Translations under genes and position numbers: made by a program | Source of the DNA: Octopus sinensis | Lineage: Eukaryota | Assembly: GCF_006345805.1 (NCBI RefSeq) | Contig: NW_021830232.1 | Span: 1-5,012, forward strand | Direction of reading: 5' to 3' | DNA length: 5,012 nucleotides | The notes under the pieces: model-generated | The model's input: only the letters and a program-made list of their open reading frames with translations | What the model was told of the DNA's origin: nothing | Databases searched by the model: none | Shown: piece by piece, positions 1-5,012 of the stretch | How positions within the stretch are numbered: position 1 is the stretch's first letter | How the letters are laid out: every line of letters starts with the position of its first letter

Positions 1-120
1 CATTCGAGTATTTTTCATTTGTTTGTTGTGGGGTTTATACCACGAAATTCCTGTTACTCTTCCACCTCACCTAAATGAGCAAAGCAGAATAAAATTAAAA
101 CAGTTCACAGATATTCTTCC

Positions 121-815
121 CGAAGAGGAACTTCAAATGTTTGGCCATGCATGACTGGAATAAACAGGACTAAAGGTCTTCCTTTTTCTGCTTGGTCACG
201 CTTGATTGGTATAAAGAACACACAGAGACTTCCCATCACCTCTTTGGTTATGCTTGATTAGAACTAACAGAACTCAAAGACCTCCTTTTCTTATTTGGTC
301 ATGCTTGACTGGTAGAAGAGGAATAAAAGACTTCCTTTAAATGCTTGGTCATGCCTGATTGGTACAAAGAGAAATTAAGGATGACCCCCGTTGCATATTT
401 GTCAAAAGGGATTAAAAAAGACCCCTTACCAGTTTAGTCATGCTTTATTGTCATAAAAGGGCTGAAAGATTCTCTTATCTGTTTAATCATGCGACCTTCT
501 CGTAAAAGGAGCTAAAGGATTCCCTTATCTCTTTAGTCATGCTTCCTTGTCACGAAGAGAATTAAGCAGATCCCTTTTTGGTCATGCTTTATTTTAATAA
601 AAAGTGATATTATGAAGACACCCTAAAACAAAAGAAATTTGAAAAACTTTCCTTGTTACTTTAAGAAATTAAATGCATCATTGTCATTCGACCTATTCTT
701 CTCTGTTTTGTCATGCTTCATTAGCATAAAAGGGACTAAGAGTTACCCTTACTTGTTTAGTCATGCTTCGTTGATATAAAGGGAATTAAGAACCCCTCCC
801 CTTACCTGCTCATAC
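121..815. repeat. Degenerate ~50-bp tandem repeat (minisatellite), about 13 units, interrupted near 600-670
   Basis: The core TTKGTCATGCTT recurs, with its CATGC-equivalent at 146, 197, 249, 300, 350, 390, 439, 488, 538, 583, then 672, 712, 762, 811. Spacings are mostly 49-52 bp (also 40 and 45). Sequence between cores is also homologous (AAAAGGG...TAAAG...CCCTT). Confidence 0.85.
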
Positions 816-958
816 TTGAAGTCCATCGACAGATGTTCGACCTCTTGCGTCAGATACAAACAACATTTCTATGCTAGGGGGGATAATAGAGAGATTACTA
901 CAGACGTCTTGTGGTATGACATGTGATAGTGGTGGTGCTGGATATCTCTCCTCCTTCC

Positions 959-997
959 GTCTGTCTGTCTGTCTCTGTCTGTCTGTCTGTCTCCCCC

Positions 998-1042
<45 letters not shown>
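959..1042. repeat. Compound microsatellite (CTGT)n-(CT)n-(TA)n
   Basis: Read directly: CTGT units 959-991, CT run 998-1017, TA run 1017-1042. Confidence 0.95.
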
Positions 1043-1183
1043 ATGTATCACTCTATTACTATATCGACCAGAATATCAGGTGTGGTTAAACCACCAATCA
1101 CAAGGCGGTTTCTCGCATTCTTGTAGCCCTCAAATATTGTCACTCCACTGGTTATGCGGGCGGGCCATATATTTGCGGATGGG

Positions 1184-1436
1184 CCATATATATATTATAT
1201 AAAATCCGTTCTGTCTGTCTGTCTGTCTGTCTGTGTCTTCTAGGATCTCGGGCATCCTCCATCCGATTGCGCTCAAATTTGATATTTAGATACCGACTTT
1301 ATCAGGGCATGTATAAGCCTTGAAAATTTACAAAAATCGATTCCAGGTGAGAATGCGATCGATAAAGCCGTGGGAACGTGTATTTGTACGCGCAAGTACA
1401 TCACCACCGTCCATTGGACGGGATACGTTTTGCTCG
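1184..1436 (+). mobile_element. Probable short non-autonomous Helitron (rolling-circle element)
   Basis: The 5' AT-rich start (CCATATATATATTATATAAAA) is followed by (CTGT)6 at 1211-1234, then GATCTC...CCGATT...AAATTT (1244-1280), a layout I recall from Lep1/DINE-1-type short Helitrons. At the 3' end, a GC-rich hairpin CCGTCC-ATT-GGACGG (1407-1421) lies 11 nt before CTCG (1433-1436), one change from the canonical CTAG/CTRR end. The canonical 5' TC is not present. Confidence 0.6.
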
Positions 1437-1437
1437 C

Positions 1438-1565
1438 ATATATACTTGTATATATTATATATTAAATATGTTGTATTATATCATAATAATATGCATATAT
1501 ATATATATGTATATACATGTGTATATATGTGAATGTATGTGTCTATATGTGTGCAAGTTGTGTGT
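1438..1565. repeat. Degenerate (TA)/(TG) low-complexity tract
   Basis: Alternating TA, TATG and TG units, read directly. Confidence 0.85.
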
Positions 1566-1979
1566 GGGCTGTGTACTCTGTATAAAGACTGGTTATGTGA
1601 AGCAAATTAAAGTACCAACCAGTCAATACATTAACAAACGATGTGTCTAATAAAGTAATGCTCTATTACAGAACATATATCATGAATCTGAATTTTCTAC
1701 TCAGTTTAGGAATTAATTTAGCATTTGTCAAACACTTTACTTGACCAGACAGACTTCCCGTTCTTTGGATGCACGGATATTAATGTTGTAAGGAGCGCAA
1801 CTCTTAAACGACAAAAATTAGATGTAAACGAAATGGATTTTGGAAATTGAAAAATTAAAAAAAAAGAAAAAAAGGAAACAAGAAAAAAAATGATATAGTA
1901 AATCAAAAATATAAAATATAAATAAAATACAAGGAAATGAACAGAATGTAGGAGAGTGGAAATGAAGATACGATTGATC

Positions 1980-1981
1980 AG

Positions 1982-2022
<41 letters not shown>

Positions 2023-2023
2023 G

Positions 2024-2056
<33 letters not shown>

Positions 2057-2059
2057 GTA

Positions 2060-2105
<46 letters not shown>

Positions 2106-2140
2106 ACACATGTGTCTGTTTGTTTATCTATCTATCTATA
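1980..2140. repeat. Interrupted (TA)n microsatellite ending in short (TG)/(TCTA) units
   Basis: Long TA runs at 1984-2105 with single-base interruptions, then TCTA units near 2126-2139. Confidence 0.95.
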
Positions 2141-2183
2141 CTTTTTAGACTCAGAAATTTATTTAGGCGCACATATATGCCCA

Positions 2184-2373
2184 GGAACAAGAAGACGAAG
2201 ATGAAGAAGACGAAGAGAGAAGAAAAGAAGAAGAAGAAAGGAAGAAGTAGAAGAGAAGAAGAGAAGAGAAAAAGGAGAAAAAAGGAGAGGAGAAGAAGGA
2301 GAAGAAGGAGAAGATGAAGAAGAAGGAGGGATGAAGAAGAAGGAGAAGGAGAAGATGAAGAAGAAGAAGAAAA
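2184..2373. repeat. Purine-rich (GAA)/(GGA)-type degenerate trinucleotide tract
   Basis: About 190 bp of GAA, GAG, GAC and GAT variants, almost entirely purine on the + strand. Confidence 0.95.
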
Positions 2374-2476
2374 TTGTCATGACTTAGCACAGTCACGAAA
2401 CACGAAGAAAAGAATGAGAAAAGATTATAACAAAAGAATCAAAAATAATATTGGTTATAACTTGATTACTGCAACA

Positions 2477-2600
2477 TATTTTATCGATCCGGAAAGGATG
2501 AAAGGAAAAGTCGACCTCAGCAGAATTTGAACTCTGAACGTAAAGGCTGACGAAATGCCGCCAAACAAGCATGCTAACGATACTGCCAGCTTACCAGCTT
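2477..2600 (-). mobile_element. tRNA-derived SINE family 1, copy A: head plus central domain, 3'-truncated
   Basis: The minus strand reads AGCTGGCAGTATCGTTAG (A-box-like, 2574-2591), then GAGTTCAAATTC (B-box, 2523-2534), then GGTCGACTTTTCCTTTCATCCTTTCCGGATCGATAAAATA. Positions 2477-2520 match 2713-2756 at 37/44. The central domain resembles the Meta-domain/Sauria-SINE-type core as I recall it. Confidence 0.85.
2523..2591 (-). promoter_or_regulatory. Internal Pol III A-box and B-box of SINE copy A
   Basis: Minus strand AGCTGGCAGTATCGTTAG (degenerate A-box), then GAGTTCAAATTC (B-box). Confidence 0.55.
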
Positions 2601-2601
2601 A

Positions 2602-2756
2602 ATAATAAGTACAACAACGACGATAATAATGATTTCAAATTTTGGCACAAGGCCAGCAACATCAGGAGAGAGGGTAAGTCGATTATATCGACGCCAGTGT
2701 TCAACTGGTCCTTATTTTTTCGACCCTGAAAGGATGAAAGACAAAGTTGACCTCGG
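2602..2756 (-). mobile_element. SINE family 1, copy B: central domain plus 3' tail, head missing
   Basis: It shares the 44-bp domain with copy A (37/44) and continues into a 3' region with two small hairpins: GTCGAT-TAT-ATCGAC (2678-2692) and CCAGT-GTTCA-ACTGG (2694-2708). It ends in an (ATT)-like tail at about 2602-2630. Homology to copy A stops abruptly at 2756, before the B-box. Confidence 0.85.
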
Positions 2757-3108
2757 GTTCAGTCCCGCTGCGTGGTACCTTGGGCAAGTGTCTTCTACTA
2801 TAGCTTCGGGCCGACCAAAGCCTTGTGAGTGGATTTTGTAGACGGAAACTGAAAGAAGCCCGTCGTATATATATATACATGTATGTATGTATGTATTTGT
2901 GTGTTTGTATTTGTCCCCCCCACCATCGCTCGACAACCGATGTTGGTGTGTCTACGTTCCCGTAACTTAGCGGTTCGGCAAAAGAGACCGATAGAGTAAG
3001 TACTAAGCTTACAAAGATTAACTCCGGGAGTCTATTTGCTCGACTAAAGGCGGTGCTCCAGCATGGCCACTGTCAAATGACTGAAACAAATAACAGAGTG
3101 AAAGAATA
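2755..3108 (+). mobile_element. tRNA-derived SINE family 2, copy C: 5'-truncated at the B-box
   Basis: Collinear with copy D from GGGTTCAGTCCC to CAAATGACTGAAACAA, roughly 85% identical by eye. It has an internal microsatellite (2866-2913) and an A-rich tail to about 3108. Confidence 0.92.
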
Positions 3109-3163
3109 TCTTAGTAAAATAAATATTTAATAGTTATATAAGTAAATATTTAACATATTAACA

Positions 3164-3580
3164 GGCGCAGGAGTGGCTGTGTGGTAAGTAGCTTGCTTAC
3201 CAACCACATGGTTCTGGGTTCAATCCCACTGCGTGGCATCTTGGGCAAGTGTCTTCTGCTATAGCCTCGAGCTGACCAAAGCCTTGTGAGTGGATTTGGT
3301 AAACGGAAACTGAAAGAAGCCCGTCGTATATATGTATATATATATATGCGTGTGTGTGTTTGTGTGTCTGTGTTTGTCCTCCTAGCATTGCTTGACAACC
3401 GATGCTGGTGTGTTTATGTCCCCGTTACTTAGCGGTTCGGCAAAAGAGACCGATAGAATAAGTACTGGGCTTACAAAAGAATAAGTCCCGGGGTCGATTT
3501 GCTCGATTAAAGGCGGTGCTCCAGCATGGCCGCAGTCAAATGACTGAAACAAGTAAAAGAGTAAAAGAGAGTAAAGAGTA
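3164..3580 (+). mobile_element. tRNA-derived SINE family 2, copy D: apparently full length, octopus-type
   Basis: It starts GGCGCAGGAG, with A-box TGGCTGTGTGG (3174-3184) and B-box GGTTCAATCCC (3217-3227). It has an internal (TA)/(TG) tract (3327-3377), a 3' hairpin CAGTCA-AA-TGACTG (3533-3546) and an (AGTAAAAG)n-like tail (3552-3580). It is duplicated locally by copy C. Confidence 0.93.
3174..3227 (+). promoter_or_regulatory. Internal RNA polymerase III type-2 promoter (A-box and B-box) of SINE copy D
   Basis: TGGCNNNNTGG at 3174-3184 and GGTTCRANYCC at 3217-3227, with tRNA-like spacing (32 nt between the boxes). Activity is not shown. Confidence 0.7.
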
Positions 3581-4013
3581 TAGTAACCAGTTTAACCAGT
3601 TACTTAGAGTTTCATGTCCCTATTAATGGATATTACTCAGACGGGGCTGGCTGACAGGACGAATACCCACACTGGGTCGGCTCTTATCAGTTTGATAAGC
3701 TCCAACTGAAGAAGGGAGCAGGAGTGTGATTCAGAAGGTGCAGTGCTTTCAACCAGAATCAGCAAATGAATACGTTTTAGAGTTAATCATGTGCTTGATT
3801 ACGTGAGTGGTGACGTAGCTGGACATGTGATTTGCCACATATGATTTGCTGTATTGTTTTTGATGCTCGCTCAAAAAAAGCTGTCTGCACAAGTACACCA
3901 GCTTATCTCGCGATCGCCACTTCTAAAAAAGATAGCTTATGTTTTGTTATATCATATCATATTTACATTATATTACATTAATAATATATTGTATTACATT
4001 ACATGTATATCCA

Positions 4014-4099
<86 letters not shown>

Positions 4100-4108
4100 C
4101 CTACCTAC

Positions 4109-4149
<41 letters not shown>

Positions 4150-4174
4150 GATCTATCTATCTATCTATCGATCT
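4014..4174. repeat. (TATC)n = (GATA)n tetranucleotide microsatellite with TACC and TCGA interruptions
   Basis: About 160 bp of TATC units. TACC variants occur at about 4098-4109 and TATCGATC variants at about 4147 and 4167. Confidence 0.97.
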
Positions 4175-4412
4175 ATGTATATATACATATATATGTATAG
4201 ATGTATGTATGTATCTATCTATATGTATACATATAGATATATGCATATATATTTGGATATATATATATATATATTATATATATATGTATGTATGTATATA
4301 TATATATATATACACACACATATAGGCACACCAGATATTATATATATATGTGCGTGTATACATATATATATGTATGTAAGTATGTATGTATCTATACACA
4401 CATGTATATGTG
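4175..4412. repeat. Degenerate (TA)/(TATG)/(CA) low-complexity tract
   Basis: Read directly; contiguous with the TATC array. Confidence 0.88.
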
Positions 4413-4424
4413 TGGGAAGGGAGA

Positions 4425-4620
4425 GACGAAAAAAATAGATGCAGCGATGGACAGAGATAAAAATACAACGTAAAACAAAACAAAATAGAAAAAAAAAAGA
4501 AACGTAAACAAAAACGAGAAAAAAAAACAACACCGAAACAAACAAGAATAAACAAGTAAATAAAAATGCAAGAAAAAAATGTCTGGAGCAAAATATAACG
4601 AAAAAAATAGTTACAAAAAC
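4425..4620. repeat. A-rich low-complexity tract
   Basis: Runs of A separated by single C, G or T bases (AAAAC, AAAAT, AAAAG). Confidence 0.75.
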
Positions 4621-4966
4621 ACTTCTGAACTACCCGTCCCTCCGCTTTCAAAACCAATTTTGAAATTAGCAAAGCAATGAGTCTAAATTGAGTTTCTGTG
4701 CAGAATTCCAGAAGGTCTTTAACGAGTAATTGGAATAATTGTGCTGCTGTACTGAATATCTATGGTAAATTCCGACTGTTTCCTTAATGATTGCCAGAAG
4801 ATTTTAGATTAAATGGTACCGAGTTGTTCTCTGTGTGTCGACATGTGTTTGTGTTTTACTACGTTTCAACGTATGTGTGTATTTGTATTTGCATGTAAAT
4901 GTCTCTGTATGTGCCATGAGTAATGTGTATATGCGTATGTATGCGTAAGTATTGTGGGATACCCAA

Positions 4967-4968
<2 letters not shown>

Positions 4969-5008
<40 letters not shown>
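4969..5008. repeat. Perfect (AT)20 microsatellite
   Basis: 40 uninterrupted alternating A/T bases. Confidence 0.97.
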
Positions 5009-5011
<3 letters not shown>

Positions 5012-5012
5012 A

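Noticed and set aside
121-815. CRISPR array (conserved core with variable intervening sequence)
   Set aside because: The intervening segments are homologous to each other, the core is only about 12 nt and degenerate, there are no cas genes, and the context is eukaryotic.
871-1650. ORFs 871..1089, 923..1126, 1320..1532 and 1378..1650
   Set aside because: They run through microsatellites or the Helitron-like element and show no recognisable domain.
1718-1906. 62-aa minus-strand ORF as a standalone gene
   Set aside because: The N-terminal third comes from a T-rich low-complexity tract and no domain is recognisable. The patch is kept only as a weak exon candidate.
1956-2396. ORFs with YI repeats, poly-K/R/E or poly-F/S/L
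   Set aside because: They are translations of the (TA)n and GAA-rich tracts. The apparent basic or membrane-like character is an artefact.
2547-2570. Hammerhead ribozyme core (CTGACGA at 2547-2553)
   Set aside because: No stem II followed by GAAA, and no flanking helices. It lies on the antisense strand of a SINE head.
3120-3153. Repeated palindrome TAAATATTTA between SINE copies C and D
   Set aside because: Short and purely A/T in an AT-rich spacer, so expected by chance or slippage. It does not flank any element.
3164-3240. Functional tRNA gene
   Set aside because: A-box and B-box are present but I cannot fold a cloverleaf (only a local GGTAAG/CTTACC stem at 3183-3201). The sequence continues directly into a repeated SINE body.
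2629-3398. ORFs 2629..2841, 2712..2936, 3150..3398 and 3197..3388
   Set aside because: They lie wholly within SINE copies. Similar SINE-derived peptides can appear as spurious predicted proteins in databases, so hits would not indicate a gene.
3150-3601. Target-site duplication for SINE copy D
   Set aside because: The best candidate, ATATTAACA versus ATAGTAACC, is imperfect and AT-rich. The perfect TAACCAGTT tandem (3584-3601) lies on one side only.
3854-4672. Long ORFs of 194, 128, 132, 108, 65 and 61 aa
   Set aside because: The SIYL/YLSI/IYIY periodic peptides are direct translations of stop-free (TATC)n and (TA)n tracts.

Overview
Non-coding, AT-rich eukaryotic DNA dominated by repeats. 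No protein-coding gene is supported: every ORF in the supplied track is a translation of a microsatellite or SINE, except 1718..1906, which has no recognisable product. The window holds four tRNA-derived SINE copies or fragments from two families (2477-3580), a probable short non-autonomous Helitron (about 1184-1436), a degenerate ~50-bp tandem array (about 121-815) and many microsatellites (TA, CT, CTGT, GAA-rich, TATC). The SINEs resemble families I recall from octopus genomes; this is recognition from memory, not a database result. The best second-look items are a head-to-head SINE junction that has lost both heads, motifs shared between the two SINE families, the two-subtype tandem array, the Helitron-like element, and two weak exon candidates. 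I see no good evidence of a new biological system.
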